A stretch of DNA of 21,319 bases from Leptolyngbyaceae cyanobacterium (GCA_050331235.1 JBHJHA010000043.1:1-21319); one strand, 5' to 3'; shown: positions 1 through 9,181, numbered from the stretch's first letter. The notes: generated from the sequence alone by a model not told the origin. Numbers and translations: made by a program.

Positions 1-72
1 CCATAACGGATGACGTTTCCCACGAGCCTGGCGATAATCCGGGACAGTCTGGAGGGCTTCGATGAGGTTCAT
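1..72 (-). CDS. ISAs1-family transposase, N-terminal fragment (partial)
   Basis: Manual translation from the ATG at 72: MNLIEALQTVPDYRQARGKRHPLW, matching the 'vpDpRq.rGkrhpL' N-terminal motif of ISAs1/H-repeat transposases. Not in the ORF track. Confidence 0.85.
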   Translation of the reverse strand, partial: MNLIEALQTVPDYRQARGKRHPLW

Positions 73-138
73 GGCAACTCTGGTGATAGAGGTTGCCTTA
101 CAGCATAATTTTTATCTCGTCACAGTGAATCAGCCCTG
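1..138 (-). mobile_element. ISAs1-family insertion sequence, left end (runs off the window)
   Basis: Minus strand from 138 reads CAGGGCTGATTCA, resembling ISAs1-type CAGGG termini; a transposase N-terminus starts 66 nt inside. Confidence 0.8.
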
Positions 139-381
139 CCGCTCTGAATTCAACCATGCTCTAAAACTTTTGTCCCTGTACTGAGACGCTGAACTTACCG
201 AGCGGCTATTCGAGATTTCATCTATACTTTCTTATATCGTTTATTGTTAATAAGTTTAACCGCTATCGCCTATTTAGGTGTTCAGAAATACGGTTTTACA
301 TTAGTTAAATTAAAGTTCTCATCCTCTTTCTTTAAAGTGACAATTGGCGGCAATGATAGAGATATATAGGTTGCCATTGTC

Positions 382-419
382 AAAAAACAAAAGGCATCCA
401 GTGTCGTCTGGATGCCTTT
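382..419 (-). terminator. Rho-independent terminator of the DUF1232 gene
   Basis: 12-bp stem AAAGGCATCCAG (390-401) / CTGGATGCCTTT (408-419) with a 6-nt loop, followed by a T-rich tract on the minus strand, about 20 nt past the stop. Confidence 0.85.
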
Positions 420-440
420 AAATCAGGTTAAAGCTTGTGA

Positions 441-731
441 CTAAGACTCAATATCAATGGTTCTATAATCCGTTTCCTGGGAGATGGGCTCAGAGTCAAT
501 CGGTCCTTTTCGCTTGTTCACCATCTCCAAAAATAATTGGCCTAGCTCTGCAGCCAATAACGTTGCGATCGCTGCATCATCAATCCAGCCAATGATAGGA
601 ATAAAGTCAGGCGCAATGTCAATGGGAGAAATTAAGTACAGCAGCGTGCCGCCAATCAAAACCCATCGATATTTGGGATGACGAATGGTCTGTCGATACC
701 AGCTGTAAAAAGACTGAACAAAATTTTCCAT
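441..731 (-). CDS. YkvA/DUF1232 family small membrane protein
   Basis: Signature LYLISPIDIAPDFIPIIGWIDD. Confidence 0.9.
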   Translation of the reverse strand: MENFVQSFYSWYRQTIRHPKYRWVLIGGTLLYLISPIDIAPDFIPIIGWIDDAAIATLLAAELGQLFLEMVNKRKGPIDSEPISQETDYRTIDIES

Positions 732-909
732 GGGCGATCGCGCTAAATCTTCACTGTCATTATGACGGCCCTAATGTGACATTCCCAGTGCTGAAACCCA
801 CCCCCTAAGGAAAGGTTAGCCGTACATCCAGGCTTCAAAAACGGCAAGCATTCCTGGTCGACAGGACAGCCTACTCACAATTTTTGTGTGCGTATTTCAA
901 AGCGATGCA

Positions 910-951
910 GAGACTACTAGAACTTGTCATTAGGCAGGTCCTAGTAGTCTC
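910..951. other. Stem-loop 3' of icd (mRNA 3'-end/stability hairpin or weak terminator)
   Basis: Perfect 11-bp arms GAGACTACTAG (910-920) / CTAGTAGTCTC (941-951), extended by an imperfect inner stem; no U-tract. Confidence 0.6.
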
Positions 952-975
952 AGAGGGCATGGGCAATCGCAGCTG

Positions 976-2403
976 CTAGTCATCAAAGTGTTGAATGATA
1001 GCCTGGGCAAATTCAGAACACTTGAGGGGTGGATCGACCTGCGGTTCCATCATTCGGGCTAAGTCGTAGGTCACTTCACGGTTAGAGATGGCCGCCGCTA
1101 CTCCTTTTTTAATCAAATCAGCCGCTTCTTGCCAACCCATGTATTCCAGCATCATCACCCCGGAGAGAATCACCGAACCAGGGTTGATCCGATCCAGGCC
1201 GGCATGTTTGGGAGCCGTGCCGTGGGTAGCCTCAAAGATGGCACAGCGATCGCCAATATTGGCACCGGGCCCCATTCCCAACCCGCCGACGATCGCCGCC
1301 GCCGCATCGGACAGATAATCTCCATTCAGATTCATCGTTGCCAAGATAGAGTACTCGTCAGGGCGGGTTTGAATCTGCTGAAAAATACTGTCGGCTATGC
1401 GATCGTTCACCATGATCTTGTCTTTCCACTGACCATTGCCGTGGGTTTCCCAGATGCTGTCGAGGATCGCTTCAACCTCTTGGCGGGCTTCGGCTTGCTT
1501 ATCTGCTGTCAGTGAGCCGTAGCCGGGTTCCACTTTGCGCGCGTTCTCTTCCACCGAAATGTCCGGATTAGCTTCCTTATTACTCAAGACCCACGATTCT
1601 CGTTCAGTAACGCACTCTGTCCGAAACTCTGAGGTCGCCAGCTCATAGCCCCAATCTCGAAACGCCCCTTCGGTATATTTCATGATGTTGCCTTTGTGCA
1701 CCAGGGTGACCTGTTGCTTGGCTTTTGGCAGTCGTAGGGCGTGTTTGATAGCTCGACGCACCAGCCGCTGGGTGCCAAATTTGCTGATGGGTTTGATGCC
1801 AATACCAGAATCAAGGCGAATTTGCTTTTTGCCATGTTCAGGAGTGGCGGGGATCAAATCCTCGTTGAGAATTTTGATGATGCGATCGCAGTTAGGATCG
1901 CCCTGCTTCCACTCAATCCCGAGATAAATGTCTTCTGTATTTTCTCGGTAGACAATCACGTCTAGCTTTTCTGGGCTCTTGTGGGGAGAGGGCGTTCCCT
2001 CGTAGTACTTACAGGGACGGACACAAGCATAGAGATCATTAATTTGTCTCAGGGCTACGTTGAGTGAGCGGATACCGCCGCCGATTGGCGTGGTCAACGG
2101 TCCCTTAATCGCAATACCAAAATCTCGAATTGCCTGTAGAGTGTCCTCTGGCAAATACTGAAACTGCCCGTATTTATCACAGGCCTCGTCACCGGCATAA
2201 ACTTTGAACCAAACAATGCGCCGCTGGCTACTATAAGCCGCCGCGATCGCTGCATCAAATACCGATTGGGCTGCAGGCCAGATATCTACCCCGGTACCGT
2301 CACCCCGAATGAAAGGCACGATTGGCATATCAGGAACAATCGGCTCGCCATCTTTAAAAGAAATTTTTTCGCCGACGGTGGGAGGGGTAATGCTTTCGTA
2401 CAT
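976..2403 (-). CDS. icd: NADP-dependent isocitrate dehydrogenase
   Basis: Motifs [54 protein letters not shown] and EATHGTAPK; 475 aa with the insertion typical of cyanobacterial IDH. Confidence 0.98.
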   Translation of the reverse strand: MYESITPPTVGEKISFKDGEPIVPDMPIVPFIRGDGTGVDIWPAAQSVFDAAIAAAYSSQRRIVWFKVYAGDEACDKYGQFQYLPEDTLQAIRDFGIAIKGPLTTPIGGGIRSLNVALRQINDLYACVRPCKYYEGTPSPHKSPEKLDVIVYRENTEDIYLGIEWKQGDPNCDRIIKILNEDLIPATPEHGKKQIRLDSGIGIKPISKFGTQRLVRRAIKHALRLPKAKQQVTLVHKGNIMKYTEGAFRDWGYELATSEFRTECVTERESWVLSNKEANPDISVEENARKVEPGYGSLTADKQAEARQEVEAILDSIWETHGNGQWKDKIMVNDRIADSIFQQIQTRPDEYSILATMNLNGDYLSDAAAAIVGGLGMGPGANIGDRCAIFEATHGTAPKHAGLDRINPGSVILSGVMMLEYMGWQEAADLIKKGVAAAISNREVTYDLARMMEPQVDPPLKCSEFAQAIIQHFDD

Positions 2404-2885
2404 GGGCGCTGCGCTATAAACAACTCGTAAGGCTTACCATACGATAGTTAATTCCCCATTGTGAGCCGTACGCGATATTTGTCAGTGTGGAAGAATACGG
2501 AACCAGAAAGACCAGCAACACTCCCGGTCTGGCAGGCTCATGGGAAACACTGGCTTAGCTTCCTTCGGGCTTCGTTGTTGGCTATTGCCGCTTGATGGCA
2601 GGACCCGGTGCTGCCTAACCCTACCTGACAGCCATCCCCTAAGCTGGCTTACCGGAGGCTGTCAGCTGTGACCTACCGGCCAAGGGCAACTGCCTTGTTA
2701 GACTAAGCCCAATTGTCGTTCGGTGTTTGTCGTTCGGCGTGGATTTTAGTCAATTTCCTTTGAAGGTTGACAGTTTACTCGGCAGTTTGGGTTGTAGGAT
2801 CATGTAAACAATTACAATATTTTTTTGCCTGCTGTTGCGGGCTGTAACCACCCTGAACGCAGATTAGCAATTTTCGTCAATTAAA

Positions 2886-3614
2886 ATGAGCAGTTCTATC
2901 GCTAATAACTCATCCGCTTCTGTAGAACTGTTGGAATCTTTGAAGGGGCAGCTTGAGCGCGCGTCCTTAAAGCAACAACTGACAGCTGTGGCCCAGTGTG
3001 TTGAGGTGGGCGCTCCTGGGTATCAACTGCTGGTAGATTTCTTACGCAACTCACCGTCAACTGCTGCCCCTGAGATCGCTGCTGGGCGCGCTCTACAGGC
3101 ATTACACACCCTAGAAGACGGAGAAATTCAGGCCTTTTTGGCAGACGAGTTTCCCCATGGAGTTGTGCCTTTGCCAGCGACCCTCAAAGTCGACTATAGC
3201 GAAATCCAGACGGCCCTCATCGCTCAAGACTTTGAACACGCCGATCGCCTCACCCTACAAAAGATGTGTGAGTTAGCAGGGCCCAACGCTATTAAGCGTA
3301 AGTGGCTGTATTTCACCGAGGTGAATATCTTCCCGATTTATGAACTCCAAACGCTCGATCAGCTCTGGCGGATCTACTCTGAGGGAAAGTTTGGGTTTTC
3401 CAAGCAGCGCGAGATCTGGCTGGGCGCTGGTCGAGATTGGGAAAAGTTTTGGCCTAGGATTGCTTGGAAGCAAGGCAATGTTTGGACCCGCTATCCGGGC
3501 GAGTTTGCCTGGAATTTGCAGGCTCCTATTGGCCATCTGCCTCTCACTAATCAGCTGCGCGGGGTTAGGGTCATGGATGCGCTTATGAACCATCCTGCTT
3601 GGTCCCAAGAATAA
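2886..3614 (+). CDS. gun4: GUN4/Ycf53 porphyrin-binding Mg-chelatase activator
   Basis: Helical N-terminal domain plus GUN4 core: ADRLTLQKMCELAG, KRKWLYFTEV, LDQLWRIYSEGKFGFSKQREIW, WTRYPGEF, GHLPLTNQLRG. Confidence 0.95.
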   Translation: MSSSIANNSSASVELLESLKGQLERASLKQQLTAVAQCVEVGAPGYQLLVDFLRNSPSTAAPEIAAGRALQALHTLEDGEIQAFLADEFPHGVVPLPATLKVDYSEIQTALIAQDFEHADRLTLQKMCELAGPNAIKRKWLYFTEVNIFPIYELQTLDQLWRIYSEGKFGFSKQREIWLGAGRDWEKFWPRIAWKQGNVWTRYPGEFAWNLQAPIGHLPLTNQLRGVRVMDALMNHPAWSQE

Positions 3615-3624
3615 TGGATTGCCG

Positions 3625-5682
3625 TTAAGCCACTGGCTCGGGCTCACCAAATAGAATCAGAGAGCAGTCGAGGTTTTTGACGAGGCGAGATGAGGTGGAG
3701 CCGATTTTTAGACCCGCTTGGGTCCGTTGCCGTTGGGTACGAGAAACGACCAAATCATGGTGGTTAGCCTCTTCTAGGATGGCTTTTGCGACGTCTCGAT
3801 GGTGAACGACCTTAGGAACAATCGAAAGCGACTCTGGTGCTTCACCGACTAGCTGCATGAGCTTGTCCGCCTCGAGGTTTTCCCGTTCAGGGGATAACCG
3901 GGTGGAAGTGACGTGAAGCAAGGTAATGGATGACTGATTTTGCTGAGCAATGGCGATCGCCAACCGGATCTTGTTGACCTCGCTGGTTGAAAATAGCTTG
4001 ATCGGAATCAAGATTGACTGCACATGCAGCGGAGATGCCAATAAACGGACGATCGCGACAGGACAATGTGCCATCCACAAGACGTCATCAATCAAATCAC
4101 CTAAAAACCGAGACTGGAGATTGAAGTGAGACTTATTGAGCCCCATCACCAGCAAATTGGCCCTCTGTTCGCGGGCAGTTCGGCTAATGCAATCAGCTAA
4201 GCGATGATCGATTCTCAGGAGGGGCTCTACCGCAACGTCCAGCCCTTGCCCAAAAGCTGTGGCGGTTTGCAGCAGCTGTTCTCGTTCAGCAATGGAGCGA
4301 TTCATCTTAGGGGAGTCAAGCTTGGACTGGGCCGGAGCGATCGCCAGAGGCTTGACAACTCCTGCCTTCGCGCGTGCGAAAATTCCCGCTAGTTCCAGCA
4401 AGTATTCTTCGGTTTTAGGATTACAAATTGGCACCAATACTGAAAAGTCTTGCGTTTGAGCAGCAAAAACAGTGGGCGTGTCGTTTTCTGGGTGGATATC
4501 GCGATTAACCTCGGCCAAATTGCGGACTGTTCTACGCACGACGAGCGGCCCTAACACAGCTGTTACCAGCATCATCACCACCACGCTATTGAGCACCGCC
4601 TCAGATATCAGCCCCGCCCGGTTACCCACTAGAGCTGCTGCTAGGGTCGTGGCCACCTGAGGCAGTGTCATACCCCACATGGTAAGCATTTCAGCGCGAT
4701 CGTACTGATATAACCATCGAGCCATCCAGGCGGCGATAAACTTACTGATCAATAGCCCGATAATCAGCAAAGCGGCAAATATCAAGGCCTGTGGACTTTG
4801 CACAAATGCCGTTACGTCAATCAGTAGTCCGATGTCAACAAAGAAAATTGGAACAAATAGAACTGTTCCCACAAAGACAATCTTTTCCTTGACGGGCGAA
4901 TCACCCACCACTTCATTGATAGCTAAGCCAGCCAAAAAAGCACCAACGATCTTCTCCACACCAATCAATTCTGCGCCCAGGGCTGCAATAAAAACCACCA
5001 GCAAGGCAAATAAAAACTGATTGCCCTGATTGCTATCGGAGCGTCTAAAAAAGATCTTGCCTAATAAATCAAACCCATAAAGAATCGCGACAGCATAAAG
5101 ACTTAGGCCAACCAGCAAACGCACAATGTTCAGAAGGCTAAAATCCCCTTCGCCTAAACTGACGCAAATAGCCAGAACAATTAATGCCCCAATATCCGTG
5201 AAAATCGTCGCTCCTAGCGTAGTCACCACTGCTGGGTTGCGGGTCACTCCGGCCTGACTGATAACGGGATATGCCAGCAAACTATGGGAAGCAATCAGCG
5301 AACCAACCAGGACTGAACTCACCCAAGAAAATCCCATGAGCTGAGACAGCCCCACTCCCGTCAGTAGCGGTACCAAAAATGTTAGAGAGCCAAATCCAGC
5401 AGAGCGAAATTTTACTTTCTGAAATTGCTGCATATCGATTTCTAGACCGGCTATAAACATTAAGTACAACAACCCAATATCTGATAGCAGCTCCATAACT
5501 GGCTCGTCAGGATTAAGCAAATCCAAACTATTGGGACCTAGAATAATGCCTGCTAGCAAGAGTCCGATCAAGCCTGGCAAGCCCAGTTTCTCCACCAGAA
5601 TAGGCACCGGCAAAATTATCGCTAGAAGCAATGCAAAGGTGACGATGGGCTCGCCGCTAAAATGTCCCAAGATAGCATCCAT
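3625..5682 (-). CDS. CPA2-family cation:proton (Na+/H+) antiporter with C-terminal universal-stress-protein domains
   Basis: About 12 hydrophobic segments with GLLYLMFIAGLEID, TDI and GAFLAGL motifs; the C-terminus has two USP-like units (VLVPICNP...LLVMG...AHCPVAIV and ILIPI...LLHV...DLVV). Confidence 0.92.
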   Translation of the reverse strand: MDAILGHFSGEPIVTFALLLAIILPVPILVEKLGLPGLIGLLLAGIILGPNSLDLLNPDEPVMELLSDIGLLYLMFIAGLEIDMQQFQKVKFRSAGFGSLTFLVPLLTGVGLSQLMGFSWVSSVLVGSLIASHSLLAYPVISQAGVTRNPAVVTTLGATIFTDIGALIVLAICVSLGEGDFSLLNIVRLLVGLSLYAVAILYGFDLLGKIFFRRSDSNQGNQFLFALLVVFIAALGAELIGVEKIVGAFLAGLAINEVVGDSPVKEKIVFVGTVLFVPIFFVDIGLLIDVTAFVQSPQALIFAALLIIGLLISKFIAAWMARWLYQYDRAEMLTMWGMTLPQVATTLAAALVGNRAGLISEAVLNSVVVMMLVTAVLGPLVVRRTVRNLAEVNRDIHPENDTPTVFAAQTQDFSVLVPICNPKTEEYLLELAGIFARAKAGVVKPLAIAPAQSKLDSPKMNRSIAEREQLLQTATAFGQGLDVAVEPLLRIDHRLADCISRTAREQRANLLVMGLNKSHFNLQSRFLGDLIDDVLWMAHCPVAIVRLLASPLHVQSILIPIKLFSTSEVNKIRLAIAIAQQNQSSITLLHVTSTRLSPERENLEADKLMQLVGEAPESLSIVPKVVHHRDVAKAILEEANHHDLVVSRTQRQRTQAGLKIGSTSSRLVKNLDCSLILFGEPEPVA

Positions 5683-5717
5683 ATTTTGCTTTCAAATAAA
5701 ATGGCAAATTCATGATG

Positions 5718-5749
5718 AAAAACCTGCGGATATGTAGATATCCGCAGGT
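5718..5749 (-). terminator. Rho-independent terminator downstream of the YvlD-like gene
   Basis: Perfect 12-bp stem ACCTGCGGATAT (5722-5733) / ATATCCGCAGGT (5738-5749) with a 4-nt loop, followed by TTTT on the minus strand. Confidence 0.75.
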
Positions 5750-5801
5750 CTGAGTAATGGGTGATTCATTAACTCAACAGGTTGAACTGCTAAGCTAATC
5801 A

Positions 5802-6224
5802 TCAGCCCTCAGTGGTTGAGAGATCAGAGCTATCAGACAAAGATTTATCCGTAGCGGCTGTTCCTCCCATTAGCTCAGGATACTTATCAGCCATATACTT
5901 GCTGAGAAAAGTACCCACCAAGGAAAAGACCACAGGTCCTAACAGAAAGCCTAAAATGCCGCTCACCTGAAATCCTGGAACCGCCAGGGACGAAAGCCAG
6001 AAGCAAAGGCCATTTACAACATACGAAAACAGTCCAAATGTCAGCAAATTAACTGGGACTGACAGAGTACTTAAGACGGGCTTGATAAAAGCATTGACAA
6101 CCCCGATGGAAGCAGCTGCGATCGCTGCCGCAGTGATTGTATCAAGCTGTACACCTGGAACAACAATGTCTACAACTAGAAGGCTCAAGGCCGTCACTAA
6201 GCCGGATAAAAGAATTGAAACCAT
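5802..6224 (-). CDS. Phage holin family 4-2 / YvlD (DUF360) membrane protein
   Basis: Four TM segments with GVVNAFIKPVL...PVNLLTFGLFSYVVN...VPGFQV. Confidence 0.92.
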   Translation of the reverse strand: MVSILLSGLVTALSLLVVDIVVPGVQLDTITAAAIAAASIGVVNAFIKPVLSTLSVPVNLLTFGLFSYVVNGLCFWLSSLAVPGFQVSGILGFLLGPVVFSLVGTFLSKYMADKYPELMGGTAATDKSLSDSSDLSTTEG

Positions 6225-6270
6225 AAAGTCACCTAAAGTTTGTTAATACACGAGTTGTGTGCGTGCTATC

Positions 6271-6314
6271 ACACTAGGATATGCAGCCCCTTATCTCCTC
6301 TACTAAAGGAGATA
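6271..6314 (-). promoter_or_regulatory. Putative activator box plus -10 element of the yvlD-like gene
   Basis: Minus strand: TATCTCC-TT-TAGTAGA (6314-6299), 22 nt, TAGTGT (6276-6271); same geometry as other promoters in the cluster. Confidence 0.5.
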
Positions 6315-6337
6315 TTTTGATTGGTCAATGGGGTGAT

Positions 6338-7360
6338 TCAGATTTCTAATAGTTTGAGAACGGCAAATTCATAATCGTCTAAATAAATAATATTAGAATA
6401 TGTAGATTGCATAATTGTCACTAGTTCTCCTGTGAGATAAGCCTCTGGAACTTTGGGATGAACATAATACTTGCGGCAAGTAGCGGGTCGATTGCCTAAC
6501 TGCCGAGCGGCTATCTCAATGGCTGCTTTGACCTGCTGCTTTCTAAGACTGGTATCAATATGGGTCTCTTGTTCTGCTAATCGCTGAGCGGTCAAAATGG
6601 TGCCCGCCCACGTCCGAAAATCCTTTGCTGTGAAATCGGCTTGGGTAATTAAGCGGAGATAGTCATTAACGTCTTCAGAGTCAACTTTCTGATGATTGCC
6701 GTCATCATCAAGGTATTGAAAGACCCGATATCCCGGAATTTCATAGCAGCGCTTGATGATATTGGCGAGTCGCTGATCAGTCAGGGCTACTTGGTGCTCT
6801 ACGCCACTTTTGCCAGTAAACTCGAAATCAACTTGGTGACCCTCAATTGTGATGTGGCGCGATCGCAATGTCGTCAAACCGTAAGATTGATTGGCTTGGG
6901 CATAAGCCACATTGCCAACGCGAATCAATGTCATCTCTAAAAGTTTAACCACGAGGGCTAATACTTTTTCGCGAGGCAAACCGTCTACCTCAAGGTGACT
7001 ATTGGTTTGTTGGCGAATGCGACTCAGCGCCCTACCGAAGGGGACCAATCGATCAAACTTTGCTTGATTGCGAATTTTCTCCCATTCAGGATGATACCGA
7101 TACTGTTTACGCCCTTTGGCATCTCGTCCAGTTGCTTGTAAATGACCATTTTCATCCGGACAAATCCAAACGTTTTGCCTAGAGGGTGGGATTGCTAACT
7201 GCTCAAAGCGATCGCGCAACTCTTGGTTGTCAATATGCTGGCCATCAAGATCAAGGTAGGTAAATCCGCGGCACCACTTTTTTCGAGTAAAACCAGGTAT
7301 TTGGTCATTCACATAACGCAACCCCGATTGTGCGGCTAGCTGTTTAGCTGACTGCTTCAA
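6338..7360 (-). CDS. Bacterial (poxvirus-like) DNA topoisomerase IB
   Basis: GLRYV, IPP, GHLQATGRDAKGRKQYRYHP; catalytic residues in IRVGN (R), FTGKSG (K), AKDFRTW (R) and LGNRPATCRKYY (N, Tyr). TTG start, with an in-frame TGA five codons upstream. Confidence 0.95.
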   Translation of the reverse strand: MKQSAKQLAAQSGLRYVNDQIPGFTRKKWCRGFTYLDLDGQHIDNQELRDRFEQLAIPPSRQNVWICPDENGHLQATGRDAKGRKQYRYHPEWEKIRNQAKFDRLVPFGRALSRIRQQTNSHLEVDGLPREKVLALVVKLLEMTLIRVGNVAYAQANQSYGLTTLRSRHITIEGHQVDFEFTGKSGVEHQVALTDQRLANIIKRCYEIPGYRVFQYLDDDGNHQKVDSEDVNDYLRLITQADFTAKDFRTWAGTILTAQRLAEQETHIDTSLRKQQVKAAIEIAARQLGNRPATCRKYYVHPKVPEAYLTGELVTIMQSTYSNIIYLDDYEFAVLKLLEI

Positions 7361-7465
7361 AACAACAATTCTTCAAATGATCCTGCTACTTCTATTAAGC
7401 CTGATGAGACTTCTTAACAGACCTATCTGTGGAAGTGACTTAGCTCGACAAACTGCAATCGGTTA

Positions 7466-7509
7466 TACATCTCTAGGAAGATGCTGCGACGGATCTACTC
7501 AGCTAAAGT
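7466..7509 (+). promoter_or_regulatory. Putative activator box plus -10 element of the gene at 7604
   Basis: TACATCT-CT-AGGAAGA (7466-7481), 22 nt, TAAAGT (7504-7509). Confidence 0.5.
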
Positions 7510-7603
7510 TTGCACATGTAGCAATATGCCCACACATCAATTTTTTTAATGCAAGGACATAGGCGCTCGATACAGAAAAAGCATAGATGCCACTCCCCAC
7601 CAG

Positions 7604-8053
7604 ATGTCTAGATCGTCATTAGCCAAATTCCTTAACCCGATCGTTTTTATTATTACTGCCATTTACTTTCTACTGGCTCTATCCATCTTGGTTGTCGGGG
7701 CGTTTGAAGCAAATTTAATCTATGGCTTCAGAAGTGTAGCGGCCTGCCTAATCCCCTTTATTATTCTAATTTTTATCTATGCCTACACGCCACTATCGGA
7801 AAGTGGTCGCCGCAATCCTAACTTTAATTTATTTTTTATTTATGCTGTCTGGACACTAATGCTAATGACATTGAGTGAAATTTGGCAGTTTCAGGCACTT
7901 CCCTTACTAGAACTATTACTAGCTAGCACTTTCGCTTCTATCTTCTGGAGAACGTTGAAACCTTCAAGTTCCTCTCAACTTTACGCCTGCTGTTACGGAA
8001 TTATTGTTGGCGTTTTAGGATATGTCACGGTCTTTGGAACTTCGCCCATTTAA
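7604..8053 (+). CDS. Hypothetical integral membrane protein (about 5 TM)
   Basis: 149-aa ATG ORF with repeated hydrophobic segments; no family recognised. Confidence 0.75.
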   Translation: MSRSSLAKFLNPIVFIITAIYFLLALSILVVGAFEANLIYGFRSVAACLIPFIILIFIYAYTPLSESGRRNPNFNLFFIYAVWTLMLMTLSEIWQFQALPLLELLLASTFASIFWRTLKPSSSSQLYACCYGIIVGVLGYVTVFGTSPI

Positions 8054-8215
8054 CCCTAAAAGGGATAAAGAGTATATAATCTCTTTCACCACACAAAAAA
8101 CTTACTGGCCAGTCACCTATGGGCATTTCAAGTCCATACTTCCGCAACGTTAGCAAACAAAACGGGAAGCAAAGTTATGGCCTTGCCTCCCGAAATAAAA
8201 TGCAAAGCTAAGTTC

Positions 8216-8428
8216 CTAAAGTCCTGGTTGACTAGAGTCGGCATCGAGTTCCCAGCGATTTTCGTCCCTTGCATCAAAGTCTTTCTTAACCGTTACGGGC
8301 TCTTCGACATCAATATCAAGGCCCGCATTATCAGCCAAGCGATCAATGGTGTCTTTCTCCGGCATCGGTTCAGGCTCACCTGCGACTGCTCCCTTACCAT
8401 CAACAAACTGATTATCTTCTGTTGACAT
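8216..8428 (-). CDS. Small acidic protein, DUF6335-like
   Basis: Very acidic 70 aa ending in RDENRWELDADSS, resembling the conserved RD..RWEL..S tail of a cyanobacterial stress-associated family. Confidence 0.7.
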   Translation of the reverse strand: MSTEDNQFVDGKGAVAGEPEPMPEKDTIDRLADNAGLDIDVEEPVTVKKDFDARDENRWELDADSSQPGL

Positions 8429-8454
8429 ACTTTAATTTGTTAAACTTCTCAGTC

Positions 8455-8499
8455 AGAATAGCCTTGAATATAATGAGGAGTCATCCAACGGAGGATACA
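8455..8499 (-). promoter_or_regulatory. Putative activator box plus -10 element of the DUF6335-like gene
   Basis: Minus strand: TGTATCC-TC-CGTTGGA (8499-8484), 23 nt, TATTCT (8460-8455). Confidence 0.45.
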
Positions 8500-8648
8500 G
8501 TCTCTCAAAAGTAGCTTTAATCTTCAGTGCCCTTTCAAAAACTGGGCAAAGGAATAAAGCTGGCGTTGAGACATATTAATCTTGCAGGATAGAATTTGCG
8601 ATTGTTTTCCAGACAGTCAAAGCCCACTTGAAATGAATTGTAGAGACT

Positions 8649-8716
8649 TCTACCCGTTGATGGAATTAACTGAACCTCTTTGGACAGATGTTGACCGCAG
8701 CTTTAAGAGGCATGAT
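8649..8716 (+). promoter_or_regulatory. Two putative activator boxes plus -10 element of yqaE
   Basis: TCTACCC-GT-TGATGGA (8649-8664) and AACCTCT-TT-GGACAGA (8673-8688), then 22 nt, CATGAT (8711-8716). Confidence 0.45.
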
Positions 8717-8744
8717 CAGAACAAACAATAAACGGTTTCTTGAT

Positions 8745-8903
8745 ATGGATATCTTAAGACTGATTGCAGCTGTTCTGCTTCCCCCGCTGGGCGTTTTTTT
8801 ACAGGTTGGTTTGACTGCACAATTTTGGATTAATGTTCTGTTAACGCTGCTCGGATATGTTCCAGGTATCATCCATGCAGTCTGGATTATTCTCAAGCGA
8901 TAG
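8745..8903 (+). CDS. yqaE: YqaE/Pmp3 family membrane proteolipid
   Basis: MDILRLIAAVLLPPLGVFLQVG...FWINVLLTLLGYVPGIIHAVW is the classic Pmp3 signature; start moved to the ATG at 8745 (52 aa). Confidence 0.95.
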   Translation: MDILRLIAAVLLPPLGVFLQVGLTAQFWINVLLTLLGYVPGIIHAVWIILKR

Positions 8904-8926
8904 GTAAGCGACTCAATATTTCACCG

Positions 8927-8968
8927 GATAAGGCTGGCCAGGGAAAGTTTCTCTTGGCCAACCTTATC
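8927..8968 (+). terminator. Hairpin 3' of yqaE
   Basis: Long imperfect stem GATAAGGCTGGCCAGGGA / TCTCTTGGCCAACCTTATC about 23 nt after the stop; weak U-tract. Confidence 0.6.
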
Positions 8969-9137
8969 GTGTTTGCTGCATGGTTTGTGGCTACCCACAT
9001 CAAGAGAGATCAGCTTTCACCTTTCTGGCAATATTTGATGTGAAGCCTGCTCGCTCCTGCTCTATTACTACGCCTTGCCTACGTGCTAAGACTTTCAAGC
9101 GGCGTCAAGCTTTTTCTCTCATCAAGAAATACGTAAA

Positions 9138-9181
9138 TGTACCCCTGGGCTGATGAAATCTTTGCCTGAACATCTAAATAT
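9138..9181 (+). promoter_or_regulatory. Putative activator box plus -10 element of the csbD-like gene
   Basis: TGTACCC-CT-GGGCTGA (9138-9153), 22 nt, AAATAT (9176-9181). Confidence 0.45.

Noticed and set aside
2555..2575. Minus-strand CCGAAGGAAGC resembling SRP RNA helix 8
   Set aside because: It lacks the CAGG and AGCAG flanks and the long SRP hairpin.
2803..2816. TGTA-AACAAT-TACA as an NtcA site
   Set aside because: The spacer is 6 nt (GTA-N6-TAC), not the required 8; it may bind another factor but cannot be assigned.
5802..7360. Holin-family gene plus a tyrosine-recombinase-fold enzyme as a prophage or integrative element
   Set aside because: The motifs are those of topoisomerase IB rather than an integrase; YvlD proteins are usually chromosomal; no phage structural genes or att sites are visible.
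8177..8425. 82-aa plus-strand ORF
   Set aside because: Antisense shadow of the DUF6335-like gene, which carries the recognisable motif.
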